The notes beneath the pieces were generated by a model, which did no database searches, was not told where the DNA came from, and saw only the letters and a list, made by a program, of their open reading frames with translations. A DNA stretch of 64,000 nucleotides from Candidatus Saccharimonadales bacterium (GTDB taxonomy: Bacteria > Patescibacteriota > Saccharimonadia > Saccharimonadales > EFPC-124). The stretch covers positions 370,659-434,658 of the forward strand of contig DATIBO010000006.1 of the NCBI GenBank assembly GCA_035457485.1, written 5' to 3'. Position 1 is the stretch's first letter. Each line of letters begins with the position of its first letter. Positions 47,048 to 56,436 of the stretch are shown here, in pieces. The translations under genes were made by a program, and so were the position numbers.

Positions 47048-47713
47048 GATCAACAGATGCGCTGGGTAGAACCAGTAAAACCACCATTTAGAGATTTTTA
47101 TTCCTTGTTTTCCGTTGTAACAGTACATAAGTGGCAAAGCGATTATACTGTAGAGTTGGATCAATCCTACCTGAAGCGGAACCATAAGTGCATTAAACAT
47201 TGAAGTTCCAACAAATAAAAAGCCGCCCAAAATCGGCTTGAATAGAATCACGAAGCATGACGCGATCATCCAGATTCCGTATGCACCGTAGTCTATGTTT
47301 GTCAGAGTTGCAAAAGCACCAGCCAAAAGAATTATTATAATTTTTACAAGTATATTCTTGTATCGTTGCGTCAAATAAAGCGCGCCTAGCCCAAGTGCCA
47401 GTAAAAAGAAAATATTCAAGTTGGCGATATTGTTGCCAGTTAAATAGCTCGCCAGGCTATATGGAATCTGCGAGATTAGCGCAAATACCATTAGCCTAAG
47501 CAGGTAATTTTTAACGCTACTGGTTTTTAGGAGTCCTTGAGCAAGTAGGAACGCAAAAAGCGGTAACGCTAGCCGACCGATTTCGCGTAGCCATAGTTGG
47601 TCTGGAAAAATTAAAAAGCCAATATGGTCAACTAGCATCGTTACGACAGCGATTACTTTTAAAGTGAATGCGTCGATAATTTTAGAGTTGCCAAATATGT
47701 TAATCTGTTTCAT
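47012..47713 (-). CDS. TraX family membrane protein
   Basis: Contains [18 protein letters not shown] and is polytopic. Confidence 0.75.
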   Translation of the reverse strand: MKQINIFGNSKIIDAFTLKVIAVVTMLVDHIGFLIFPDQLWLREIGRLALPLFAFLLAQGLLKTSSVKNYLLRLMVFALISQIPYSLASYLTGNNIANLNIFFLLALGLGALYLTQRYKNILVKIIIILLAGAFATLTNIDYGAYGIWMIASCFVILFKPILGGFLFVGTSMFNALMVPLQVGLIQLYSIIALPLMYCYNGKQGIKISKWWFYWFYPAHLLILCGLHVLLYGV

Positions 47714-47742
47714 TAAAACCTTTGCCCCATTATAATATCGTT

Positions 47743-49245
47743 ATGACCGACAAGCTTCAACAAAAATTAAAATCTTTGCCGCTATCCGCTGGCGTGTATT
47801 TTCATAAAAACGCCAAGGGTCAGATTATATATGTTGGAAAAGCCGCTGTACTTAAAAATCGCGTGCGTCAGTACTTTCAGAAAACTCGTGATCAAGATGC
47901 AAAAACTAAAGTTTTAGTAAGTGAAATTGCGGACACCGACTGGATTACGACTGAGTCCGAAATTGATGCGCTGTTTTTAGAAAGTGAAATGGTTAAACGG
48001 TATAAGCCGCGCTACAACATTTTGTTGCAAGACGACAAATCGCAGCTGTTTGTGCGGATTAATATGCGTGACGCCTACCCATTCATCAGTTTTACTCGTC
48101 AGCCAATGGATGACGGCGCTGAATATTTTGGCCCATACTATAATGGCTTTGCTGTTAAAAAAGCATTGCGATTTTTACGAAAAGTGTTTCCATATTCAAC
48201 TCACGCAACTATGCCAAAACGACTTTGCTTGCAATACCATTTAGGCTTGTGTCCTGGAGTAGAAGAGCAAAAAATAAGTTCTACCGATTATAAAAAGACG
48301 CTTCGAAGTCTAATCTTGTATCTAAAAGGTGAGCGCGTAAAACTTGTAAATCAGCTGGAATCCGAGATGAATGTGGCTGCAAAACATCACAACTTCGAGC
48401 TGGCGGCAACACGACGTAACCAAATTTACAATTTAAAAGAGCTACAAAAACAAATCTTGTTTAGTGATCGTGAATTTATGGATATAAGTAAAGATCAGGC
48501 GTTGGCTGGTTTGGATCAGATTCTAAGCCTAAAGGGCGCGCCCCATAGAATCGAAGGTTACGACATCAGTCACATGAGTGGAACAAATAATGTAGCCAGC
48601 ATGGTGGTGGCGACTAATGGTTTGGCCGATAAGGCCGAGTACCGCAAGTTTAAAATGCGGCTTCCTGGCAACAACGATTTTGCCCATATGCACGAAACAA
48701 TAAGTCGCAGGTTTAGCGGGCGTCATTTAGATTGGCCAAAGCCTGATTTGATTTTGATTGACGGAGGTAAAGGGCAGTTGGCGAGTGCGATCCAAGCTTT
48801 GCAGGAGCGGGGAATTCAGATCCCGGTAATTGGTCTTGCCAAACGCTTAGAGGAGATTGTTATAAGTAAGAATGGTTCGAATGTCACCCTTGATTTGCAA
48901 AATTATCCGGACGCATTTTTAAGTGAGTTCGAAGACTTTTATGTGGTTTTATTGCCCAAAGATTCACATATTATTAAGTTGTTGCAGCGCCTGCGCGATG
49001 AATCTCATAGGTTTGCCGTGAGTTACCATACTGTTTTAAAGCGAGCAAAGCAGACCGAAAGTGAAGTCGACAGTATTCCGGGGATTGGACCGGCAACTCG
49101 TAAAAAACTTATTTTATCATTCGGAAGCTTGCGTGCAGCCAAACAAGCCAGTAAGCAAAAACTCGTTGCGGTTCTAGGTAAAAGTAAGGCCGAGATTTTT
49201 TATAAATATGTGGCCGGCGATATTGCTAATGCTAACAAAACGTAG
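47743..49245 (+). CDS. uvrC: excinuclease ABC subunit C (compact, ~500 aa)
   Basis: Start at the ATG 6 nt after TATAAT (leaderless-like). GIY-YIG motif GVYFHKNAKGQIIYVGKA, UVR domain FELAATRRNQIYNLKEL, IDGGKGQL, and HhH motif IPGIGPATRKKL. Confidence 0.95.
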   Translation: MTDKLQQKLKSLPLSAGVYFHKNAKGQIIYVGKAAVLKNRVRQYFQKTRDQDAKTKVLVSEIADTDWITTESEIDALFLESEMVKRYKPRYNILLQDDKSQLFVRINMRDAYPFISFTRQPMDDGAEYFGPYYNGFAVKKALRFLRKVFPYSTHATMPKRLCLQYHLGLCPGVEEQKISSTDYKKTLRSLILYLKGERVKLVNQLESEMNVAAKHHNFELAATRRNQIYNLKELQKQILFSDREFMDISKDQALAGLDQILSLKGAPHRIEGYDISHMSGTNNVASMVVATNGLADKAEYRKFKMRLPGNNDFAHMHETISRRFSGRHLDWPKPDLILIDGGKGQLASAIQALQERGIQIPVIGLAKRLEEIVISKNGSNVTLDLQNYPDAFLSEFEDFYVVLLPKDSHIIKLLQRLRDESHRFAVSYHTVLKRAKQTESEVDSIPGIGPATRKKLILSFGSLRAAKQASKQKLVAVLGKSKAEIFYKYVAGDIANANKT

Positions 49246-49274
49246 TTAAATTGGATTAACTAAGGATAGATTCT

Positions 49275-49826
49275 ATGGAAGATTTATATAGCTCTCAACC
49301 TCAACAACCAATACCAACTCCTACGCCGTCGCCTGCGCCTCAGATTGGCGGCGGATCTAACTCAAAAATGGTTTGGACGATCATTTTGGCTGTACTTTTG
49401 TTGGCTGCAGTTGGTTTTGCTGGTTGGCAATGGTACACAGGTTCTAAAAAGAATCAAGAGATCAGCGATTTACAGGCTTCTAACACGCAGTTGCAGTCAC
49501 AGGTTTCAACACTTGAGCAGCAAGTTGAATCTGACCAAGGCGGAGCTGCTGCCGCTCCAAGCGATACCGATAAAATTTTGGCGGCCGTCGATGCTTATAC
49601 GCGTGCTCCCATCGCAGCAAATGGCAAAGTTTTTAAATACACGGTTGCCGAAAACAATGGAACTTTTGCAAAAGTCAACGTAGAAGTTGAAGGCGACCAA
49701 GGTTACACTTTAGCCTTAAAGAAAATTGATAACGCCTGGACTGTAGTCGTGTCCAGTAAAGACTCCCCGACACAGGCTGACCTTGATGCCTACGGGGTTC
49801 CTGCTGGCTACATTACAGTTAGCTAG
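49275..49826 (+). CDS. hypothetical N-terminally anchored protein (183 aa)
   Basis: TM helix MVWTIILAVLLLAAVGFAGW followed by a coiled-coil-like segment. Composition is native. Confidence 0.6.
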   Translation: MEDLYSSQPQQPIPTPTPSPAPQIGGGSNSKMVWTIILAVLLLAAVGFAGWQWYTGSKKNQEISDLQASNTQLQSQVSTLEQQVESDQGGAAAAPSDTDKILAAVDAYTRAPIAANGKVFKYTVAENNGTFAKVNVEVEGDQGYTLALKKIDNAWTVVVSSKDSPTQADLDAYGVPAGYITVS

Positions 49827-49853
49827 TGCTGTGTTATACTTAAAATTAACGAT

Positions 49854-50246
49854 ATGCAAAAACAATTCTTATTATTTTTGCTGCGCTGGTTGCTAAACAG
49901 CTTCTCCCTTTGGGTGGCCGCAAGCTTGTTAACTGGTGTAGAATATGATCCTGGCGAAGTTCTTTTAACATTCTTGCTAGCAGGAGTAGTCTTGACGATT
50001 ATAAATGCGGTGATCCGGCCGATCTTGCTAATCTTATCGTTGCCAGCAATTGTTTTGAGCCTTGGCTTATTCATGCTTATTGTTAATGGTGTGTTGATCT
50101 GGTTGGTTGGTCTAATTGTTCCTGGACTCGAAATTAGTTTCTGGGAGTCGATAATTGCTGGTATAATTGTAAGCGTATTGAACTTTGTGTTTACCCTTTT
50201 AGTTGACTACGATTGGGAAAGCTCAAAAAGAAAAGGCAAAAGATGA
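49854..50246 (+). CDS. DUF360 / phage-holin-family-4-like membrane protein
   Basis: Four TM helices. The pattern LAGVVLTIINAVIRPILLILSLPAIVLSLGLF matches my recollection of PF04020. Confidence 0.6.
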   Translation: MQKQFLLFLLRWLLNSFSLWVAASLLTGVEYDPGEVLLTFLLAGVVLTIINAVIRPILLILSLPAIVLSLGLFMLIVNGVLIWLVGLIVPGLEISFWESIIAGIIVSVLNFVFTLLVDYDWESSKRKGKR

Positions 50247-50458
50247 ATATTATAAATTACGTCACAATTGTTTCGGCCGTTTTAATGATATTGGCTATTT
50301 TGTTGCAACAACGTGGTGCCAGTTTAGGTGCGGGCTTTGGTAGTTCGGGGGAACTTTTTACGACTCGCCGAGGAGTAGATAAGAGTCTTTTTGACACGAC
50401 AATTGTTTTGGCAGTTATTTTTGTTGGATCACTGGTTGTAGGTTTATTAATAATTTAG
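50243..50458 (+). CDS. secG: preprotein translocase subunit SecG
   Basis: The ATG overlaps the upstream stop (ATGA). There are two TM helices, and the loop LLQQRGASLGAGFGSSGE is typical of SecG. Confidence 0.8.
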   Translation: MNIINYVTIVSAVLMILAILLQQRGASLGAGFGSSGELFTTRRGVDKSLFDTTIVLAVIFVGSLVVGLLII

Positions 50459-50465
50459 GGGGCAA

Positions 50466-52244
50466 ATGTTACGCGCGCCGCTTAATCAGCTTCAAGAGAT
50501 GACGCCAAGCAAGCGTACTATTAAAGGTCATTTAAGACGGGTTGAGCGCGTTACCCTGCGTCACGCGCACCGGTTTATTGTGCAGCGCGCCGCAAACCTA
50601 CGTGACGTAAGTCGTAAGGCGACTGCCTGGATTATTTTGATTTTGATGTTCATTGGAGTTACGGTTTGGCAGCAAACTGTGACAGCGAAAACTTATACAG
50701 CCGATATCCCTAGCTCTGGCGGAGTTTACTCCGAAGGTGTTTTTGGTACCCTCGATAACTTAAACCCAATTTTAGCTAGCTCGGCGGCTGAAAGATCAGG
50801 CTCACGTTTATTATTCGCACAATTGGTAACCTACAACGAACAGGGTAACTTGGTTGGCGAACTCGCACGAACTTGGCACTCGACTGACGACGGAAAAACT
50901 TACATTGTCACGTTGCGCGATGATGCGCTTTGGCAGGACGGTACTCCGATTACCGCCGACGACGTTTTATTTACCTTTAATCTGATAAAAAACGCCGATA
51001 CGCGCTCCCCACTTTATAGTAGCTGGCGAAACATTGTAGTAGAGAAGGTAGACGACAAAAATATTAGATTTATATTGCCCAATCCTCTCGCATCTTTCGA
51101 GAATTCATTAACGGTGGGAATCTTGCCGATGCAGGCGTTAAAAGATTTACTACCGTCGGAGCTTAGAACTGCCGATTTTAATCTTAGACCAACAATGGCT
51201 AGTGGTCCGTTTGTGTTTCAGGACTCAAACGTCATCGAGCCTGGCGTACATGAACTTTTGCGCTTAAAGGCAAATCCCAATTATTTTTTGGGAAAACCAA
51301 GCTTGGACGGATTCAACCTGCATGCTTACCAGGATCGTGACGTTATGACGACGGCATTTAGGACGCACGAGGTTGCAAGTATCAGCGATGCAAATGCTGA
51401 GCAAATTAAAGCTTTGCAGGGTGTGGATTTTGTTGAGACAAACTCACCGCTTTATCACGGCACCTTCGCATTTTTAAAGAATGATTCAACAATTTTGTCT
51501 GATATTAGAGTACGGCGTGCCCTGCAGGCTGCGACTGATCAACAAAAGATTCTTGATTTACTACAAGGACGACCTCAATCTCTTAGTGGTCCACTTTTGC
51601 CAGGTCAGCTGGGGTATAGGGCAGACTATGGTCAGCCGGGCTACGATTTGGCACGAGCTAACCAATTACTTGATGAAGCCGGCTGGGTAAAAGGTCCGGA
51701 TGGGATAAGAAGCAAAGATGGTCGACCACTAGTTTTGCGAATAGTTACGACGAGTAGTGGTGATTTTCCGGCTATCGCTCAGGCAATAATGAATCAGTGG
51801 CAAGAGCTTGGAATTACATTTGACTCGCAAATTGTACGCTCCGAAGATATTCAAGAAAATGTAATTGCCCCTCGTAGTTACGATGTTCTAATTTACGAGA
51901 TTGCAATTGGTCGCGACCCTGATGTTTTTGCATTTTGGGACACTAGTCAGGCGACCGAACGCGGCTTTAACTTGTCGGATTATAAGTCTGGTCGCGCCGA
52001 CGAAGCCCTGCAATCAGCAAGGATTCGTTTAGATGCGGCGTTGCGAGCTGCCAAGTATCAGTCATTTGTAAGCATATGGACGACAGACGCCGCGGCCGTT
52101 GCGTTGTTTAGACCAACATTAACATATGTGCAAAGCGAAAACGCTGTAACCTTTTTACCACACCCTATGGTTGACCAAACAGATCGCTATTACAATGTTC
52201 GATATTGGGCGCCAACCCGAGTCCCTGGTAATCCAACCCGATAG
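50466..52244 (+). CDS. ABC transporter substrate-binding protein, family 5 (peptide/nickel type), N-terminally anchored
   Basis: Length and motif pattern (e.g. TWHSTDDGKTYIVTLRDDALWQDGTPITADDV) are typical of SBP_bac_5. Confidence 0.8.
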   Translation: MLRAPLNQLQEMTPSKRTIKGHLRRVERVTLRHAHRFIVQRAANLRDVSRKATAWIILILMFIGVTVWQQTVTAKTYTADIPSSGGVYSEGVFGTLDNLNPILASSAAERSGSRLLFAQLVTYNEQGNLVGELARTWHSTDDGKTYIVTLRDDALWQDGTPITADDVLFTFNLIKNADTRSPLYSSWRNIVVEKVDDKNIRFILPNPLASFENSLTVGILPMQALKDLLPSELRTADFNLRPTMASGPFVFQDSNVIEPGVHELLRLKANPNYFLGKPSLDGFNLHAYQDRDVMTTAFRTHEVASISDANAEQIKALQGVDFVETNSPLYHGTFAFLKNDSTILSDIRVRRALQAATDQQKILDLLQGRPQSLSGPLLPGQLGYRADYGQPGYDLARANQLLDEAGWVKGPDGIRSKDGRPLVLRIVTTSSGDFPAIAQAIMNQWQELGITFDSQIVRSEDIQENVIAPRSYDVLIYEIAIGRDPDVFAFWDTSQATERGFNLSDYKSGRADEALQSARIRLDAALRAAKYQSFVSIWTTDAAAVALFRPTLTYVQSENAVTFLPHPMVDQTDRYYNVRYWAPTRVPGNPTR

Positions 52245-52276
52245 CGTGATAATATTTTTACGTAATGAGGTAGGGT

Positions 52277-52606
52277 ATGAGTAAGCTTAAATTTTCAGAT
52301 GCACCAACTTTAAAAGAGGTTCAACAATATACCCTAGACATGGAACGCGAACGCGGATTCGCTGATGAGCATGTTTCGGGCAAATGTTTGTTACTTGTAG
52401 AAGAAGTGGGTGAGTTAGTGAAAGCGATTCGTAAGTCACATTTTGGAATCGCTCAAGATGTAAATAAAAAGTATGAACACGATGTCGAAGGCGAAATTGC
52501 CGACATTTTGATTGTGTTAAATTGCATTGCCAATAAACTTGGGGTCGATGTAGAACAGGCACTACGCGACAAAGAAGAGAAAAATAAAAAGCGCGTTTGG
52601 AAATAG
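52277..52606 (+). CDS. MazG-like nucleotide pyrophosphohydrolase
   Basis: Contains EEVGELVKAIRK and EGEIADILIVL (EEXXE/EXXD-type motifs). Confidence 0.8.
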   Translation: MSKLKFSDAPTLKEVQQYTLDMERERGFADEHVSGKCLLLVEEVGELVKAIRKSHFGIAQDVNKKYEHDVEGEIADILIVLNCIANKLGVDVEQALRDKEEKNKKRVWK

Positions 52607-52651
52607 CGTGGTAAAATAAACATAAATACAATAAGTTTTGTGAGGGTATAA

Positions 52652-54289
52652 GTGAATAAGGTTGCAAATTATCTGCAAGAACATATCGTTGGTGAAGTTT
52701 TAGCAGCTAACGAAGTGCGCAAATATTTTTCTACTGACGGTGGTGTTTTCGAGGTAATGCCTGCGCTGGTGGTTTATCCTAAGAATGTTCAGGATGTGCG
52801 CAAAGTCGCTCGCTTTAGTTGGCAATTGGCCGAAAAAGGTCACAACTTACCGATTACAGCTCGTGGTCGAGGTAGCGACCAAGGTGGAGCGGCGATTGGT
52901 CGAGGTGTAATTATGGTCTTTCCTGCCCACATGAACCGTCTACTGGAACTCGATAATAAGCGAAAACTTGCCAGGATCCAACCGGGTATGAACTATCGTG
53001 CCTTTCAGGAGTCAATGCATAGCCATTCTTTGTTTTTGCCGCCGTATCCGAGTTCAATCGACTACGCAACTTTGGGTGGCGCAATCGCTAACAATACCGC
53101 TGGTGAAAAAACCGTAAAGTATGGATCGATCCGAAATTACGTAGAAAACTTGGAAGTGGTTTTGGCTAACGGAGAAGTTATTCAAACCGGGCGAATTAAT
53201 AAAAAAGAACTCGAAAAGCGCAAAGGTTTAACAACTTTTGAGGGTGAGATTTATCGTCAGCTAGATGGTTTAATTACTGATAACTGGGAATTGATCCAGA
53301 CACACTTGGGTTCGCCAAAAGTTAGTAAAAATTCCGCTGGCTACGCTCTGGGGCAAGTAAAGCTTAAAGACGGTTCCATTGATTTGACACCGCTTTTTGT
53401 TGGTTCGCAAGGGACGCTCGGAATTGTTACGGAGGCGATTTTGCGCCTAGAACAGTACACGCCCGAGACTACTTTATTTAAAATTAATCTGGAAAACTTA
53501 GAGCAAGCGGTGGCGGTGGTTCAAAGTATTATGCGGCTTGAGCCGAGCGCTCTTGAGGTAGTGGATAGCAATTTACTAGGGTTCCTCGATAAGGTGAGTC
53601 CTAATAGACTAAAAGGTCTGGTTGAAAAACCTTTCCCATCACTTGTTCTGCTCGCTGAGTTCGACGACGTAAATAGCCGTGCGCAAGCTAAAAAATCTAA
53701 AAAAGTCCAAAAATGGCTCCAGCAACAACAGATGAGCTTTGTGGTTACGCAAGACGCAGAAGAGCAGCAACGGTTATGGTCAATCCGGCATTCCGCTGCA
53801 GCGGTTATTTGGCATGTAGAAGGTAATAAAAAGGCTTTGCCAATCATCGAAGACGGAGTGGTTCCGCGCGAAAAGTTTGGTGAGTTTGTAAAAAATATTT
53901 ACGATTTGTTCCAAAAATACGGACTACAAGTTGCAATATGGGGTCACGCAGGCGATGCAAATCTGCACTTACAGCCATTTTTAGACTTGAGTTTAATTGG
54001 TGACCGTCAAAAGGTGTTCAAGATTATGGAAGAGTACTACGACATGGTTTTAAAGATGGGCGGAAGCACTTGTGGAGAACATAACGACGGTCGTTTACGT
54101 GCGCCGTTTTTGCCAAAAGTTTATGGCGCCGAGGTTTACGAATTGTTCCGGCAGGTTAAACGAATTTTCGATCCGTATAACATACTGAACCCGGGAGTAA
54201 AAATTGACGTAAACTTAAAAGATTTAGTACCAATTTTACGTCACGAATATTCGATGGAACATTTGGCGGATCATTTGCCGCGATCGTAA
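52652..54289 (+). CDS. FAD-binding (PCMH-type) oxidoreductase, GlcD/D-lactate dehydrogenase-like
   Basis: Contains VVYPKNVQDVRKV, ARGRGSDQGG and LGGAIANNTAGEKTVKYGSIRNYV. Confidence 0.85.
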   Translation: MNKVANYLQEHIVGEVLAANEVRKYFSTDGGVFEVMPALVVYPKNVQDVRKVARFSWQLAEKGHNLPITARGRGSDQGGAAIGRGVIMVFPAHMNRLLELDNKRKLARIQPGMNYRAFQESMHSHSLFLPPYPSSIDYATLGGAIANNTAGEKTVKYGSIRNYVENLEVVLANGEVIQTGRINKKELEKRKGLTTFEGEIYRQLDGLITDNWELIQTHLGSPKVSKNSAGYALGQVKLKDGSIDLTPLFVGSQGTLGIVTEAILRLEQYTPETTLFKINLENLEQAVAVVQSIMRLEPSALEVVDSNLLGFLDKVSPNRLKGLVEKPFPSLVLLAEFDDVNSRAQAKKSKKVQKWLQQQQMSFVVTQDAEEQQRLWSIRHSAAAVIWHVEGNKKALPIIEDGVVPREKFGEFVKNIYDLFQKYGLQVAIWGHAGDANLHLQPFLDLSLIGDRQKVFKIMEEYYDMVLKMGGSTCGEHNDGRLRAPFLPKVYGAEVYELFRQVKRIFDPYNILNPGVKIDVNLKDLVPILRHEYSMEHLADHLPRS

Positions 54290-54340
54290 AAAATGCATTT
54301 TTGGTGTAATATTTTTTAGGCACTTAACTAAGGTGGTCGT

Positions 54341-54745
54341 TTGGTGAAAGATTTGAGCGCTCTGGCAGACGCTCTTCGGGTTGTCTACGGGCTTGGCTCT
54401 GAGGAGGCGGCTAGTTGGGCGACTAAGGTTGATGTCTCGCTCGAGGATGTCATTAACCGGCGAGTTGACCCTGCGGAAGTGGAACTAAGAGCTCGTGTTG
54501 TAATGCAGAACCCACTGGCAGTGGCGCTAGTGAGACTGCGCAAAGAAGCAAAACTTTCTGCCGAGGAGGTGGTTGATAAGGCCTCATGGTCACGAAGCAA
54601 GCTGGCGAACATTGAAAAAGGCGCCGTAAAAGTTAGCAAAAATGACTTGGAGTTCTTGCTCAAGCTGTATGGCGCCTCAGCAGAGTTAATGATTGAACTT
54701 GAGGAACTTCGCTCTGAGCTTAAAGCGGCCTCCAAGATCGGTTAG
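54341..54745 (+). CDS. cassette K: XRE-family HTH protein of actinobacterial type (HTH_31-like), intermediate GC
   Basis: LRKEAKLSAEEVVDKASWSRSKLANIEKGAVKVSKNDLEFLLKLYG follows the WS.SK.S.IE.G...LL.LYG pattern of Streptomyces-type regulators. The start is TTG 54341 or GTG 54344, after an AAGGTGG SD. Confidence 0.7.
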   Translation: MVKDLSALADALRVVYGLGSEEAASWATKVDVSLEDVINRRVDPAEVELRARVVMQNPLAVALVRLRKEAKLSAEEVVDKASWSRSKLANIEKGAVKVSKNDLEFLLKLYGASAELMIELEELRSELKAASKIG

Positions 54746-54750
54746 GTGCT

Positions 54751-54771
54751 AGCCCCACGTTGTGGGGCTTT
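54751..54771 (+). terminator. intrinsic terminator of cassette K
   Basis: AGCCCCAC-gtt-GTGGGGCT followed by TT. Confidence 0.6.
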
Positions 54772-54827
54772 AGCATATCTGTAAACTTGATTTTCATCTG
54801 TTAAAAAGGTATGCTTACTTAGGTTCC

Positions 54828-54913
54828 GCGCGAGTGGTGGAATGGTAGACACGCTACCTTGAGGTGGTAGTGGGAGCAATCCTGTGGAGGTTCAAGTCCT
54901 CTCTCGCGCACCA
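54828..54913 (+). tRNA. tRNA-Leu (anticodon GAG), class II with a long variable arm, CCA encoded
   Basis: The acceptor stem is GCGCGAG/CTCGCGC. The anticodon stem-loop is CTACC-TTGAGGT-GGTAG. The T-arm is GGAGG-TTCAAGT-CCTCT. Confidence 0.9.
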
Positions 54914-54933
54914 AACAGTTCTTGTGCAAACCA

Positions 54934-54961
54934 AGCCGGACGAGCGATTCGTCCGGCTTTT
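54934..54961. terminator. bidirectional hairpin between tRNA-Leu and the GC-rich remnant
   Basis: AGCCGGACGA-gcgat-TCGTCCGGCT followed by TTT. Confidence 0.55.
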
Positions 54962-55054
54962 GCGTTTTCGACAGATACGCGAAGACCTTTTCTTGCTGGC
55001 CAGAACCCGGCACAGCAGGATGCGACACCGTCGCAACCTGCGGCTGACCACCGT

Positions 55055-55306
55055 TCATCTCACCTTCCGCCTCACGCTCGGCTCGCTCCTCGGCGATGTC
55101 GCCGCAGCGGCGACGCTCTTCTCGGCGTCGACCATCTCCCGCGTCAGCCGATCCATCTCGGTCTTGAGCATGTCCAGCGGCACAGCGCCGGCGTAGTGGG
55201 CGTTGAGCAGCTTCTCGCGGTCCTCGCTGATCTCCGGAACGGGACATTCGAGCTCCTGCCGACCGGAACCGGCGGAGTCAGTTCGGCAGTAATCAGCGGC
55301 GATGGC
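55055..55306 (-). pseudogene. GC-rich remnant resembling the C-terminal coiled-coil region of a recombinase-family (large serine recombinase-like) protein
   Basis: My minus-strand translation is ...QELECPVPEISEDREKLLNAHYAGAVPLDMLKTEMDRLTREMVDAEKSVAAAA. There is no start codon in frame. The frame then shifts into ...DIAEERAEREAEGE, which runs into the tRNA. The family assignment is from memory only. Confidence 0.4.
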
Positions 55307-55344
55307 TCAACCATCTCCAATCTCAGCCAAGCGCTAATCGTTGG

Positions 55345-55896
55345 CTAATTTGGCGCCGGTGCCACATTGACACCCAGCGAAACCCACTCTTTTGTGCCGA
55401 TGTCTGGATAAGAAGGATCTTGCGCCATGTCTTGATAATCCAGGACGAGTCGCATCATTAAACCATCACGAAAGGCAAAGACTGGACAGATTCCTAGCCG
55501 TCTGGCCGTACAACGCTCAACGTCTTCCGGAGAGTCGCCTGGAGCCATCCGATAGCCAAGCGTATTAAGGGTGTTCAGCAGAAAGGCTGCTCCATCTTTT
55601 GGCTCAAGTGGCACGTACCACTCCTGGTCATAACTAGGGCAAGTTATATCTATACAAAACAGAGGTTGCCCAACATGTACACCCTGGATTACTTCTCGTC
55701 CGGTGTATATCGCCCCTGCAGGTTTTAGAACTTCATCTTGCAGTCGGCCCATTTCATGTTGCACTTCCGAAAACTTACTTTGAATCACTTGCTCAGCCAT
55801 AACAAGGCCAAACCCGAGAAGCCCCAAAGAGAGGAACAAAACGATCAAGGTTCTACGAATATAACGATTAGCGGTTGTTTGCATATGCATTAACAT
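55345..55896 (-). CDS. hypothetical N-terminally anchored protein (183 aa), intermediate GC
   Basis: TM helix LIVLFLSLGLLGFGLVMA. No family recognised. Confidence 0.55.
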   Translation of the reverse strand: MLMHMQTTANRYIRRTLIVLFLSLGLLGFGLVMAEQVIQSKFSEVQHEMGRLQDEVLKPAGAIYTGREVIQGVHVGQPLFCIDITCPSYDQEWYVPLEPKDGAAFLLNTLNTLGYRMAPGDSPEDVERCTARRLGICPVFAFRDGLMMRLVLDYQDMAQDPSYPDIGTKEWVSLGVNVAPAPN

Positions 55897-55905
55897 AATG
55901 CATAT
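55883..55905. promoter_or_regulatory. perfect 10-bp inverted repeat (operator-like) in a divergent intergenic region
   Basis: ATATGCATTA-aca-TAATGCATAT overlaps the start region of 55345..55896. Confidence 0.35.
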
Positions 55906-55956
55906 CGATCATTAGTTCAAGACTAGGAATTCATCACTCAAGGAAGAGGTACGCAA

Positions 55957-56436
55957 GTGAAGACAACGCATCGATTGGCGCCGCGCCTACGTTATTTGAT
56001 TCTGCTATCAGTTTTAGCAGGATTAGTACTACCAAGCTGGATAGGAGTACCGCCAACCAGTGCCGCCGAGGTTCCCGGCTGCATGAACGGAGGCTTCCTG
56101 GTGGTTTTCCTGCGAGGAACCAACGGAACTCTTAACCGTTCAGGCGAGTACGAACGATTTACCTCAGGATTGACTAGTTCATTCGGCGATACTGCTAGGG
56201 TCGTAGAAATCGGCGACCAAGATGGAAATGGGCAGATCGATGTGCCGGGTTATAGCTACCCGGCGATCGGCCTACTTAGCCTGCCGGATTACGTAACCAG
56301 CGTGGCACTGGGCGTTAAGGAATTGACTGAACTCCTCAACTATCGAGCAGCCACCCTGAAATTATATAAATTCAAGTCTCTGCGTCGACCAGCCCACGCG
56401 GTCTGCGGGGCTGATCGACGACAGCGACGTCAGTAA
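55957..56436 (+). pseudogene. 5' fragment of a secreted cutinase/alpha-beta-hydrolase-like gene, truncated at the cassette L junction
   Basis: There is a signal peptide and then PGCMNGGFLVVFLRGTNGT (cutinase-like C..VVFARGT pattern). The sequence is lost before any GxSxG nucleophile. The last ~25 codons read through AT-rich junction DNA into the cassette L hairpin. Confidence 0.45.
56384..56419 (-). terminator. GC-rich hairpin 3' of cassette L
   Basis: GTCGACCAGCCC pairs with GGGCTGATCGAC (one mismatch). Confidence 0.5.
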
